Assembly: GCA_029821495.1 (NCBI GenBank)
Contig: JALGTG010000001.1
Location: 1-44,561, forward strand
Source: Candidatus Hebobacteria bacterium
GTDB taxonomy: Bacteria > Armatimonadota > Hebobacteria > Hebobacterales > Hebobacteraceae
Direction of reading: 5' to 3'
Length of the DNA stretch: 44,561 nucleotides
Each line of letters starts with the position of its first letter. Positions within the stretch are counted from its first letter, which is position 1. Of this stretch, positions 28,389-39,600 are shown piece by piece. Under the pieces are notes generated by a model. It was not told the DNA's origin. It ran no database searches and saw only the letters and a list, made by a program, of their open reading frames with translations. Position numbers and translations under genes: made by a program.

Positions 28389-29636
28389 ATGGCAACCTAC
28401 AACTACGTCGCTAAAGATGCCCTGGGAAAGGTCGTCACCGGAAGCTCCGAGGCGGAGAACGAGCAGATCCTCGTCCGCCGCCTCCGCGAGAAGGGCTTCT
28501 GGGTCCAGAAGGTCAACCCAGCCCACGCCCCCGCGCGACAACGGGCCCAAGTCCAGAAGGGCGGCGGATCGTTAGCCGTCTTCAGCCGCGTCAGCGGACG
28601 TGACCTCGCCATCTTCTGTCGCCAGTTCGCCACCATGATCGACGCAGGCGTCTCTCTAGTCCGGTGTCTGGCCGTCCTGGAGGAGCAGAGCGGCAGCGCT
28701 CGCCTGCGACAGATCATCAGCGAGATTCAGGCCGGAGTCGAGTCCGGCGAAACCCTATCCCGCTCCCTCACGCGCTGGCCGCGGGTCTTCGGCAATCTGT
28801 TCGTCGGGCTGGTCCGAGCCGGCGAGGTGGGTGGTGTTCTCGACGAAACCCTGAACCGACTCGCCACCTTCTTGGAGGAAAACGAGCGGCTTCGCCGCAA
28901 AGTCAAGTCGGCAATGACCTACCCGGCCCTGGTCCTGACGTTCGCCACAATAGTGGTCGTCGGTCTCGTGACCTTCATCCTGCCCCAGTTCATTCAAGTC
29001 TTCGAGGACCTGGGCATCGACAAAGACCTCCCCGCACCAACCCGGATCCTGGTCCAGATCAGCGACTTCTTGACCACCAAATACTGGATGGTCATCGGCG
29101 GTGTCATCCTGGCCTTCGTGGTCTTCAGCCAGTACACACGCACTCGCGTCGGCAAGCGACACTGGGACTGGTTCAAGCTGAAGGCACCCGTCTTCGGCAA
29201 GCTCAACCACAAGATCGCGATCGCGCGCTTCTCCCGCACCCTCAGCACGCTGCTCGTCAGCGGCGTCCCCATCCTCCAGGCCCTCGAAACGGTGGCGGGC
29301 GCCGTCGACAACGAGATCATCGGCGATGCCATCATGGCCGCCCGCGCCGCCATCCGTGAGGGCGAGCAGATCGGCGACCCTCTTCAGCGCAGCGGCATGT
29401 TCCCGCCAATGGTCGTCCAGATGGTGGCCATCGGCGAGGAAACCGGCTCCCTGGACGCAATGCTCTCGAAAATCGCGGACTTCTACGAGTCCGAGGTCGA
29501 CGCCACTCTCGCAAGCCTGACGGCGGCCCTGGAACCACTCCTCATCATCGTCCTCGGCTTCATCGTCGGCTTCATTGTCATTGCTATGTTCATGCCGCTC
29601 ATGCACGCCATCAGCCAACTGCAGTCTCAGGCGTAA
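28389..29636 (+). CDS. pilC: Type IV pilus platform protein PilC (GspF family)
   Basis: FCRQFATMIDAG, AGEVGGVLD, KVKSAMTYP, FPPMVVQMVAIGEETGSLD and LEP. Confidence 0.96.
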   Translation: MATYNYVAKDALGKVVTGSSEAENEQILVRRLREKGFWVQKVNPAHAPARQRAQVQKGGGSLAVFSRVSGRDLAIFCRQFATMIDAGVSLVRCLAVLEEQSGSARLRQIISEIQAGVESGETLSRSLTRWPRVFGNLFVGLVRAGEVGGVLDETLNRLATFLEENERLRRKVKSAMTYPALVLTFATIVVVGLVTFILPQFIQVFEDLGIDKDLPAPTRILVQISDFLTTKYWMVIGGVILAFVVFSQYTRTRVGKRHWDWFKLKAPVFGKLNHKIAIARFSRTLSTLLVSGVPILQALETVAGAVDNEIIGDAIMAARAAIREGEQIGDPLQRSGMFPPMVVQMVAIGEETGSLDAMLSKIADFYESEVDATLASLTAALEPLLIIVLGFIVGFIVIAMFMPLMHAISQLQSQA

Positions 29637-29648
29637 GGGGCCTCTTGA

Positions 29649-30500
29649 GTGTCGCCGCTCCCTGGGGCCGTGCTGTACGCTTCGATCTTCACTCTGGGCT
29701 GCGTAGTCGGGAGCTTTCTCAACGTCTGTATCTACCGCATGCCGCGGGACCGATCAGTCGTCGCCCCGCCTTCGCACTGCCCCCACTGCGGAGCCCGACT
29801 GCGGGCCATCGACCTCGTGCCGCTCATCAGCTTCCTCGCTCTCGGGCGGAAGTGCCGCTTCTGCGGCAGCCCGATTGCCTGGCGCTACTTCGCCGTCGAG
29901 CTGATAACCGGCCTGGTGTTCGTTGCCGTTTGGGCAGCCTCCGGCCCGGGGCTGCAAGTGCTGCCAAGCTGGATCTTCGCCTCCGTCGTTATAGCGGTCG
30001 TGTTTACGGACGTGGATCATATGATCATCCCGGACAAGCTCGTGGTGGCCGCACTCCTGGCGGCGCTGTTGAGCGAAGGGCTGTTGGCAATGCGAGGGGA
30101 GCCCCATCTGGCCTCTGTCAACCTGCTGGGCGGAGCACTTCCCATCCCCGGCTTCCTGGCCGGAGGTGTTGTGGGCCTTCTCGTCTTCGCCTTCATTCGC
30201 GTGTTCAGCCAGCTCCTCTTCCGACGAGAAGGAATGGGGCTCGGCGACGTGAAGCTCGCCGGCGCCATCGGCGCCATGTTGGGCCCCGTTCTCGCCCTCC
30301 TGAGCTTCGGGCTCGCCATTGTCGCAGGAGCCGTCCTCGGGATCTTGCTCCTCCTCGTGCGGCTGCGCCGCCGCATGGAGTATCTCCCCTTCGGCCCCTT
30401 CCTCGCCGTCTGCGCTCTGGTGGCGCTGGTGGCGCCGAAGACCCTGATCGGGCTGACCTCCACTCTCTACTCTCGCTGGGTGGAGATGTTGGCCCCGTGA
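29649..30500 (+). CDS. pilD: Prepilin peptidase / N-methyltransferase PilD
   Basis: GSFLNVCIYR, CPHC/CRFC Zn site, D.DHMIIPD, GMGLGDVKL and LPFGPFL. Confidence 0.96.
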   Translation: MSPLPGAVLYASIFTLGCVVGSFLNVCIYRMPRDRSVVAPPSHCPHCGARLRAIDLVPLISFLALGRKCRFCGSPIAWRYFAVELITGLVFVAVWAASGPGLQVLPSWIFASVVIAVVFTDVDHMIIPDKLVVAALLAALLSEGLLAMRGEPHLASVNLLGGALPIPGFLAGGVVGLLVFAFIRVFSQLLFRREGMGLGDVKLAGAIGAMLGPVLALLSFGLAIVAGAVLGILLLLVRLRRRMEYLPFGPFLAVCALVALVAPKTLIGLTSTLYSRWVEMLAP

Positions 30501-30606
30501 GGGCGGTTTCAGGGCCCCACAGCAGCGGGTATGACAGAAGTGCCTGGTCGCAGCGCAAGCAGGGCGGCTGCTGTCGCCTTGGCACGAGCTGATGAGAGGT
30601 GAGAGC

Positions 30607-31680
30607 ATGAAGCGTCACCGAGACTGCCGGACCGGTTTCACCCTGATCGAGTTGCTCGTCGTCATCGCCATCATCACAGTGCTCATCGCCATCGCGCTCC
30701 CTGTCTACTCCCGCGTGCGCGAGAAGGCGCGCCAGGCCGCTTGTATGGCCAACCTCCACCAGTTGGCCGTCAGCGTCCGCATGTACGCACTCGACTTCGG
30801 ACACTATCCCGGCCCCTACGATCCCGCCACCGGACAGGGCGGCCTCAACGCCCTCTACCCCACTCACCTCGACAACCGCGCCGCACTCATCTGCCCCGAT
30901 GACCCGATCCAGACAGGCGAGGATTACGTCAATCAGACGGTCCCAGTCAAACACAACACGCTGATCACGCCGATCGAGTATCGGCAGCTCCTCCTGGCCG
31001 CCAGCAGCATGCAGATGTATGTGGATCTAGACCCCAGCGGCGAGTACTTCGTCAACCTGTGGGAAGGGGACGATCCCAACACCTCCAACGAGGAGCGAGA
31101 CCCCGCCTTCTTCGTCGAGCACTACTCCAGCTACAACACTCTCTACAACTGGATGGGCTATGTGAAGGAAACCCGCACGTACAGGTTGTGCGGCTTCGAT
31201 GACCAGGAGCTCACGCCTGGAGACAACATCGCCTTCTGGTACTCCTGGCACTGCTGGGACCCCGAAGACAGGCTGGGAATCTGGTCCGACCCGAATCTCT
31301 TCCACACCATATCCAGCCATCTCGCCTACCATCTCGCCCAGCAGGTCTACTGGGAGACCTACACCGACAACATGTACGCCACCCAGGACCCCACCCGTCT
31401 CACCGACAACCTCGGCCGACCCCTCTGGAACGGTGGCAACCCGGACCAAAACGCCTACGACTACAGGCCATACGGCATGCCAAGCGCGGCCTTCCCCGGG
31501 CTCATCAACCGTAATGCTCCCGACAACACCATCATAACCCGCTGCTTCCACCACCGGGCCTACACCGGGGGAGGAGACGCTGCCGTGGGCAAGGACATCG
31601 CTCTCAGGATCGACGGAACCTGCGTCATGATCCCAGGCCTCGCCTACGACTGGGCCGTGCAGCCGCGGCAGACCCAATAG
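30607..31680 (+). CDS. Prepilin-type N-terminal cleavage/methylation protein (DUF1559-like pilin)
   Basis: Class III signal RTG|FTLIELLVVIAII, then REKARQAACMANLHQL...MY. Start 30607 (alternative 30592). Confidence 0.88.
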   Translation: MKRHRDCRTGFTLIELLVVIAIITVLIAIALPVYSRVREKARQAACMANLHQLAVSVRMYALDFGHYPGPYDPATGQGGLNALYPTHLDNRAALICPDDPIQTGEDYVNQTVPVKHNTLITPIEYRQLLLAASSMQMYVDLDPSGEYFVNLWEGDDPNTSNEERDPAFFVEHYSSYNTLYNWMGYVKETRTYRLCGFDDQELTPGDNIAFWYSWHCWDPEDRLGIWSDPNLFHTISSHLAYHLAQQVYWETYTDNMYATQDPTRLTDNLGRPLWNGGNPDQNAYDYRPYGMPSAAFPGLINRNAPDNTIITRCFHHRAYTGGGDAAVGKDIALRIDGTCVMIPGLAYDWAVQPRQTQ

Positions 31681-31776
31681 CCCAACCCGCGCCGCCACCC
31701 GCGCGATTGCGGCGCTTCGCTTGCAGGAACAGCGACGCGTCGGCCGAAGACGCCCTATCACGAGCGGCCTCAGAGC

Positions 31777-32709
31777 ATGAGTCAACGGAGACTTGAGCCA
31801 ACCGGGTCCACCGCTCCCCTCGCGGGGCGGCGCGCGCACGCTATCGGCTTCACCCTGGTCGAGATGCTGATCGTAGTCGCCATACTCATCGTCCTCATGG
31901 CCATCGTCGTCCCCAGCTACAACGTGCTCGCCGCTCAGAATCGCCGCGCCTCCTGCGCCGCCAACATGAAAGCCATCGGCCAGGCCCTCGCGCTCTTCCG
32001 CGAAGACTACGGATGCTTCCCGCCGGACGCGACTGAGTTCCTCCCCCGGCCCACGTTTTCCAATCCGGACGACCCCGGGCAGGGCACCGGCGATGTGGTG
32101 ACCGCGGTGTACGACTCGGAGGGCAACCCGGTCAAGAGCGGAGTCCGCGGCCTCGGCCTCTACACCCTCTACTACCTTGGCGCCTACTCGGCTACACTAC
32201 CGCCACAAAGCGTCGAGCCGCGCATCCGCCACAAGCTCCGAATGCAGCTTGCGGCACAGGGACACGGCCTCAACGGACTGTCATGGTTCCGCGGCGGCGG
32301 CTACATTGACGAGCTCTCCACCTTCCATTGCCCCGCCAACGAAACCGAACTCAACGAGCTCGCCCTTCAGGACCGCAGCCGCCTCCCATATCTCGACGGC
32401 TGGAACAACTACGACATGTACTACCGCCGCAACTTCTGGCACCCGGGCCGGCCCGCCGGCGGCCCGTGGAATACCCGCCATCTCTTCCAGTCCTACCCCC
32501 CTGCCGACACGGTCGTTACCTGGTGCCCCTACCATCGTCATTCCGCCCCTCCCTCCGGTCCCGGCCTGACCGGGGAGATCTTCCCGGGCGACCAGGACAT
32601 CGTGCTCTTCGCGGACGGCAGCGTGCGCCGCATGGCCAGCCAGCCGTCCAACAAGATGTACCAGGAGCCGCCGGCCGCCTCCGGATGGCCCCAGGGCCCC
32701 ATAATGTAG
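31777..32709 (+). CDS. Prepilin-type N-terminal cleavage/methylation protein
   Basis: IG|FTLVEMLIVVAIL, SCAANMKAIGQAL, FHCP and C-terminal LFADGSV. Confidence 0.88.
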   Translation: MSQRRLEPTGSTAPLAGRRAHAIGFTLVEMLIVVAILIVLMAIVVPSYNVLAAQNRRASCAANMKAIGQALALFREDYGCFPPDATEFLPRPTFSNPDDPGQGTGDVVTAVYDSEGNPVKSGVRGLGLYTLYYLGAYSATLPPQSVEPRIRHKLRMQLAAQGHGLNGLSWFRGGGYIDELSTFHCPANETELNELALQDRSRLPYLDGWNNYDMYYRRNFWHPGRPAGGPWNTRHLFQSYPPADTVVTWCPYHRHSAPPSGPGLTGEIFPGDQDIVLFADGSVRRMASQPSNKMYQEPPAASGWPQGPIM

Positions 32710-32727
32710 CCGCACCAGGATCACTGA

Positions 32728-34812
32728 ATGCCGCTAGCCCGCGCATCGAGCACAGGAAGAATCGCAGAGAGCGCACGCTGGGCAGCCCCACATCCCCGCC
32801 CGCGGCCCAGCGGCTTCACCATCGTGGAGCTGCTCGTCGCATTGGTCGTCCTGATGATCGGCATCTGGGCGATGATGCGCATCTTCCCCCGCGGCTTCTC
32901 CGCCGTCGAGGTCAGCCAACAGCGCACCACCGCCGCCCAGCTCGCCGAAGCCGAGCTCGCCCGCTGGCGCCTCCACCCGGAGTCCCTCCCCGACGCCATT
33001 GTCGCCACCGACTATCAGGGCAACCTCATTGACGCCACTCTCATCAACGACTCGATTACCCTCCAGAGCCTCCTCGTGTACGGCGAGGCGGCCGCGCGCA
33101 TAGACGGCACCGAACACTACCAGCGCCTCGTGTTGCCCCGCGGACGCGTCAACGTTGGCACCCTCGACTTCTTCGCGCGCCCCTTCATCTACGCGCCCCT
33201 CGACCTCACCCCCAGTATCTTCGACGGTGCCCTCGAAAGGACGCAACCGGGCGCCTCGACCTCTCATCCTAACTGGCAGCCAAACAGCCTATACCTCCCC
33301 CGCACGGTCAAAGGAGAGAGGATCAACATACGCGCGCTCGCTATCAACGAGCAAGGCATTCCCTTCCATCTGCTCTCCCACGCGCCGCTCGACATCCTCC
33401 GCCAGAACGACCCGACCACCCCTGCTGACGACATCTACGTAGACGTGTACGATGCCGAGCCCTGGGAGTACCATCCAGGCGGCCTTACTGGCCGTCAGTT
33501 CTCCTTCGACCCCACCACCGGCCATCTCTACTTCGCAACGGCCGATGAGCCTCGCCAGTTCAAGGTGGACTACACCGACCCGGTCACCAATCTCCGTGTC
33601 CTTGGCTTCCCGGTCAGCGTCCCCCCGGCCTCCGCTGGCAGGCCGGGCGCCGGCACCCAAGGGCTTCCGGTCCTCCCCGGCTCGCCGGACAATCCGATAG
33701 ACCCAGCCACCTTCCAGGTCCACCAGCGCCTCATCGAGTATAACCCACTCGTCGGATGGACCCGCAGCGCGTACCGCCTCGTCGGCGAAGAAAGCAAGAT
33801 CACCGGCGAAATCCAGTTCGACCCTGACCTTCAGCTAGACCCCCGCGAACACGACATTCGCATCGTGAAGGTTGACTACAGAGTGCGCGACTGGGGCATC
33901 CTCGTCTTCGACATTCAGGTCCCGCCCGACGGCGTCGTGCGACTCCCGGTCAGGCATCTCAAGGGCCCGGCCTTCAGCAACCCCCCGCGCCAGGTCCGCC
34001 CTCAACCTGTGGACGAGAACATCAAGACGTTCCACGACTGGAACGATGTCGAAATAGAGCCGACCGATCCCCGCAGCAAATGGGGCTACGTCGTCGCCGT
34101 GGACCGCCAGACAGCCGACGTCCTCGTGGAGCACGACGGAGTCGCTTGGCCGGCCAATCCCCACGAGCGCAAACGTCGCTTCCTCGTGGACTATTCCGCG
34201 GGCATCCTTCGCTTCAACTACGACCCCAGAGACCCCGACATCGCCCCTTGGTTCAACCCTAACATCGACACCCCGGACCGCAGCGGCCGCACCTACCGCA
34301 TCTTCTGTCGCGCACAGGCCGACTGGGCCGTCCAGCTCATGGTCGCCGCCAGGCAGTACGCGCGCTCTGCTGAACCCCACCCCGATCCAAGGGCGATAGG
34401 CCCCGAGGTGGCCCAGGGAGGCCTCACTTACTCCTCGGACCCCAGCAACCCCCAGCAGCTCTACTTCCCTCTCTCCGAAGCGGGCCAGGCCGTCATGGTC
34501 GACTACTTCGCCGCCGACGGCACCTACGTCAGCGGCGAGATCCACACCATAGACCCCCCCAACGTCACCGATCTCGGCCTCTGGGCCTGCCGTCTCGCCG
34601 AGCCCTTGGCCAAGGCCCCCTACCAGATCATCTCCGTACGCGGCATCAGCATCCGTGCCCGCGCCGTCTGGGTCGGCCCCGGCAGACAGTACACGCTCCA
34701 GGAGCTAACCCGCGCCATCGACCGCGATCCCCCGGATCGTCCTCGCCCGGACTTGAATGAAACCTGGCATCAGGTTATCGTAAGCACCTACCTGACGCGT
34801 ACGCCAATCTAG
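32728..34812 (+). CDS. Large minor pilin, PilV/GspI-like N-terminus
   Basis: SG|FTIVELLVALVVLMIGIWAMM..FP.G......RTTAAQLAEAEL, followed by more than 600 aa of beta-rich sequence. Confidence 0.8.
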   Translation: MPLARASSTGRIAESARWAAPHPRPRPSGFTIVELLVALVVLMIGIWAMMRIFPRGFSAVEVSQQRTTAAQLAEAELARWRLHPESLPDAIVATDYQGNLIDATLINDSITLQSLLVYGEAAARIDGTEHYQRLVLPRGRVNVGTLDFFARPFIYAPLDLTPSIFDGALERTQPGASTSHPNWQPNSLYLPRTVKGERINIRALAINEQGIPFHLLSHAPLDILRQNDPTTPADDIYVDVYDAEPWEYHPGGLTGRQFSFDPTTGHLYFATADEPRQFKVDYTDPVTNLRVLGFPVSVPPASAGRPGAGTQGLPVLPGSPDNPIDPATFQVHQRLIEYNPLVGWTRSAYRLVGEESKITGEIQFDPDLQLDPREHDIRIVKVDYRVRDWGILVFDIQVPPDGVVRLPVRHLKGPAFSNPPRQVRPQPVDENIKTFHDWNDVEIEPTDPRSKWGYVVAVDRQTADVLVEHDGVAWPANPHERKRRFLVDYSAGILRFNYDPRDPDIAPWFNPNIDTPDRSGRTYRIFCRAQADWAVQLMVAARQYARSAEPHPDPRAIGPEVAQGGLTYSSDPSNPQQLYFPLSEAGQAVMVDYFAADGTYVSGEIHTIDPPNVTDLGLWACRLAEPLAKAPYQIISVRGISIRARAVWVGPGRQYTLQELTRAIDRDPPDRPRPDLNETWHQVIVSTYLTRTPI

Positions 34813-34837
34813 CGCCAGCCGCGCTCTGAACATCGCT

Positions 34838-36698
34838 ATGCAGACATACACCAGCCACAACACACTCACGAGACCGCACCCGCCCCGCAGCGGCTTCACC
34901 CTCGTCGAGGTGCTCGTCACCACTGTCCTCCTGGTCATCGTGCTCGGCCTTCTCCTCTACTACCCCCTCACCAGCAGCTTCGGCTACTTCCGCAGCGCCA
35001 CCGCCCGCGCCGACGCCCAGTCCACAGCCCGCATCGCCCTCGACGCCATGGCGCGCGAACTCACCGAGGCCATGTACGTACAGCTCGACATGTCCGACGA
35101 CTCCATGGTGGCATTCGTCCCCCCTCTCCGCGTCGACCCGGATGACCCCAACAGCGACATCGTCATGCCGCCTCGCGCCGACTGGAACCGCGCCATCCGC
35201 TATTGGCGCGCCCTCCACGACCCGAGGATGAACCACGACACCGGCGGCCATCTCGGCCCCGGGAATACCTACTACCTGGCCCGCACCGTCGTCGAACGAT
35301 TGTACGACGACCCCGCCGACGACCCCAGCTTCCTCGCTCCCTTCGCAACCGACGACCCCTGGAACCGCTGGAACGACGACTGGGCGGACGACCAGGTGGC
35401 CGCGGCCGTCGATGGCAAGGACAACTGGTCCCCCATCAGCCGCTTGGTCCATACCGACGTGGACTGGCGCGCGAACAGCGGCCAGGTGGCCCTCCGAAAC
35501 GCCACCCTCCAGCCCGGATTCCCCTACCTCTGGGTCCAGTACAAGCTCGACCGGGGCGAAATCGGCGAGTGGGAGGCCAACAGACTCTACCGCGACAACG
35601 CCGTCGCCCTCACCCCAAACGTGCTCGAGTACGACATCTCTCGCCTCGCATTCACCCCCATAGCAGTCTCCGGCGAGTTGCTCCGCCCGGCCCGCATCGC
35701 AGGCCAGCAGGACGCCTCCGTCTAGCCTCGGCGTCTACTTCCCCGACTGGGCCCGGGACCCGTTCCTCCTCATCTCCAGGTACGACCCCGATGCCCCCCT
35801 AGAGGACCGCTACCAGAAGCATGCCATCGGCATGTTCGACCCCGACTCTCGCACCATGAAGGTCTTCAACCTCGACGACCTTCGCCCCGGCCCTCAGTTC
35901 GACCCCAACGCCGTCGCCTGGATCTACGACACAGACTGGTACTACACTGATCACCGGCGCGGCCTTGCCCGCGATACCCAATGGATCGGCTTCGGCGTGG
36001 ACTGGGTCAAAGGCGCCCTGCGATTCGACTTCCCGCCCCCGCCGGACGGCTCCTACCCCGAACAGCTCTTCCAACTGCGGGCCCAATGGCTCGTCTCGGC
36101 CAACACTCTCGACGACGGGCCAAAGCGGGACGCCCCGCTGCCTCTGTGGCGCCTGAGATCGGCCCCCGGCCCGGTCCTCACGGCCTTCCTCATCCCCGAC
36201 ACGGTCGAAGTCTGGACCGACACCGACACTGAACCCGGCCCAGGCGTCACAATGAGCGGCGCCCCCCAGATCCTTCTCACGCGGGTGGGCTGCACCCCGC
36301 GCGAAAGCAGCTATCAGTTCCAGCTCGGCACTGACCCCGAACTAGGACCGGCCGATCCCACCGAGGCCACGTATGCTCCCAACTACGGCTGGTTGCGATT
36401 GCCGCGCACCCTCGGAGACGGCGCCTCCGCGCAGAACCACACCTTCTGGGTCAGCTTCCGCTGGCACGACAACGGCGTCTGGTACAAAGAACCGGGCGCC
36501 GCGGCCGGGACCGGGCAGTACCACTGGGACCTGGTCTCAGCCTTCTACCGCACCGCCGCCGTCATTGACATAGGCCTCACGGTGACCCGCGCCGACCCGG
36601 GCGCTCCCTCCACCGACCGCATCGCTCAGTCCGCCAACATGACAAGACGCGTAAAACTGCACAACGTGCTCCGCAGGATTCGCCATGCCGAGGACTAG
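34838..36698 (+). pseudogene. PilW/GspJ-like large minor pilin interrupted by a frameshift near 35725 (ORFs 34838-35725 and 35664/35832-36698)
   Basis: SG|FTLVEVLVTT..AQSTARIALDAMARELTEA N-terminus. After TAG 35723-35725 the +1 frame continues with coding-like codons (LGVYFPDWARDPF..) to a PilW-like end (TRRVKLHN). Could be a sequencing error. Confidence 0.7.
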
Positions 36699-39600
36699 TC
36701 ACTTCGCACGACGCTACCTCCTCCACACCCACCTCGCACGGCGCGGCCAGGCACTCCTCGTCGCCGTGCTCGTGCTCTTCGCAGTCGCCACTCTCGCCGC
36801 CCTCTTCACCGCCATCATCGGAGCCCAGCTCTCCCAGGTCGCTCGCCACGGCGATGTCACCAAGCTCCGCAACCTCACCGAAGCCGGCCTCTGGCTTGCC
36901 AACGAGCAGCTCACCTACTCCGTCAAGGGCGCCGATTGGCGGCCGCCCGACGACCCCTACCTCTTCGGCGACGGCCGTATCGAGCTGTCCGTCACTTACT
37001 GGCCTCCGCCCCCGTCCCTCGCCCAGGGCGCTTTCTCCCCCAGCCCCCAGAGCGGACGCTTCATCCTCATCACCTCAACCGCCACCTTCCCCGACTACCC
37101 CTTCCTCCGCTACACCATGGCTGCCCTCAAACCCCTTCTCCTCACCGACTACGCCCGCTTCATCACCGACCGCCGCGAGACCGGCAGGCCCGCCCGCCTC
37201 GGCGTCTCGGGAGTGGAGTTGGGCGGCACGCCCCGCCCCGACTACCTCTTCCGTGTTCAAGGGCCCATCCGCTCCAACACCGATCTCGTCGCCTACGGCC
37301 GCTCCAGCGTTACCCTGCAAACCGCCGATGACCCGGCCGAGACCGGTTCGACATGGGCCCAGTTGGGCATCCCGCGCGACGACCGCATTGAGGTCGCCGG
37401 ATTCCTGCGGCCCGACCCCTCCCACCCGGTCGAGAACCGCGGCGCCGACGCCCTCGCCCTCACGGTCAGCGGCGAGCCCCGCGCCTCCGACCTCTTCCTC
37501 CCCCTGGACGAGGCGCAGGCCGACGACTACGCCGCCGCTTTCCCGGACTGGTCGCTTGACCCCTCCATCCTACATACCTCCAGCCGCATACTTGCTGACC
37601 TCCCCGGATACACCTCGGTGGGCGGATGGTTCCCCGGCCCCGCCAATTCCGTCCCCCGCGTCCAGCCGCCGGACCTCCTCGCCGAACATCCGGACACCTT
37701 CCGCAAGCGCTACTTGCTCCTCACCCGCGATTCCGGCGTCTTCGAGCCCGACGCCGCCACCGGCGACCTCCACAACACCGGCGAGTACGGCTGGGGCTTC
37801 ATGAACCTCGGCGGCATCTACATAGACAACATCTACGACATCCAGTACGACCACGACCTCGAGATGCTTCGCCTCAACTGGCTGCGCTCTGTTGGTGCCC
37901 ATGACCCCCTCGGAGACGAGCGCCCTGACGCCGACGCCCCACTCTCCGGCCCCGCCGACTGGTGGGACAAGACCGGCCGCTACTACTCTCCCCCAGCCGT
38001 CGAGATCGTCCTCCACGGCGAGCAAGACTGCCCCTATATCGAGATCATCCGTCACGACCCCCGCTCGGCGAATGGCGAGCAATACTACTGGTGCGACCTC
38101 TCGGGCGCGCCGATAACCCCCACCTCTCACCCCGCCGATTACGTGCCGACCCCCTATGAGTCAAACTGCGGGCCCGGAGCCGCGCCCGGCACATTTCGCG
38201 TCAAGAACAACACCGCCATCTTCCCCTTCCCACCCAACGGCGTCATCTACGCCGAGGGCAATGTCCGCATCCGCGGCATCATGCCGCCCATCAGGGACGA
38301 GCTGGGCAATTCCGGCACGAGTGTCCCCCTCGCCACAGCCGAGAAAATGCCCTATTTCGCACCATCTAGAACCGACGAAGGCCGCGCCCGCCGCTTCGAC
38401 CTCCAGGTCGTATCCGCCGGCACCATCTACGTCGAGGGCGATCTCCTGACCCCGGCTTCCGCCGGCCTCATAGCCGACACCGTTGAGGTAGACCGCCACT
38501 ACGGCTCCCGCCTCGCACTCCTCGCCCGCGACTACGTCTGCGTCAACACCACCGCCCTCAACCCTAGGCCGATCCAACTCCTCGACCCCTTCCTTGACCC
38601 CGCCACCGATGAGTACTACTTCTACAACGACCGCTACCCGGACTACCCGCCCGGCGGCTATCCACGTCACCTCGTGTTCCAGGGAACCCGAGACCCCGTC
38701 TTCAACAGCGCGGACTATGCGAAAGCGTGGAACCCTCCCACTGACCCCCCATTCGAAACCGATCCCCTTAACATCCAGTTCCTCTACCAGAACGTCAGGC
38801 TGCAGTATCCATACCTGAGCGACCAAATCCCCGACCTTCGCCTGATGCTGGGCCACTCGGGATTCTACGCGCTTGGCGACCCCGAAGGCGGATTCGATGG
38901 CGCGCCGCTAGGCGACCCCCTGGTGGATGACGAAGGCACCGATGAGCCTGCGGTGGATGTGGACATCTACTTCGACAATATCGTGGCCGGCACCACACGG
39001 CTTTGGGATGTCGCTGACACAGACCGCTATACATTCGTGCGCCCTGTGGCTACCCCAGGAGCCGCCGACCAATCCGATCACTGGTACCTCGAAGACGACC
39101 GCCTCGAACACCTGCCCAATGGCTTCCAACAGATGCAGGTGCACCCCAGCGACCTGCCCACCCCATACCTCACCGGCAATAATGACGTCATCACCTTCAC
39201 CTCCCGTGTCCACCCCGTCCGGGACTACGACGGCGACGGCAATATCGACGGCTGGCATATCTTCCCTCGCGACCTCGCCTACATCCTCGGCCCCGTCGCC
39301 GTCGCGCCCCCGTGCCGTCTCCAAGGCAGACCGACCCCCGCGGCCCCGCTCCCGGTTAGCATCGAAGCCATGATCTACGCCCAGAACGGCTCCTGGTTCA
39401 TCATCCCGGGCCCCTGGTTCAACGAAGACCCCGAAGAGAATACCTACACCGGGGACTCCCCCGGCTATCGCGAGCCCCTCAACATCCAGATCTCCGTCTA
39501 CGGAGCCGTCACCGAGAACATGCCCGCCGACATCGGCGCCGCCGCCGAGTGGACCAGCAAGTGGAGCGGCCCCCAAACCCGAGGATTCGGCGGGTACCTC

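Noticed and set aside
25326-29618. Long antisense ORFs (25326-26654, 27412-28221, 28755-29618; likewise 12514-13341 and 18018-19097)
   Set aside because: Shadow frames of well-supported genes, caused by GC-rich codon bias; no recognisable motifs.
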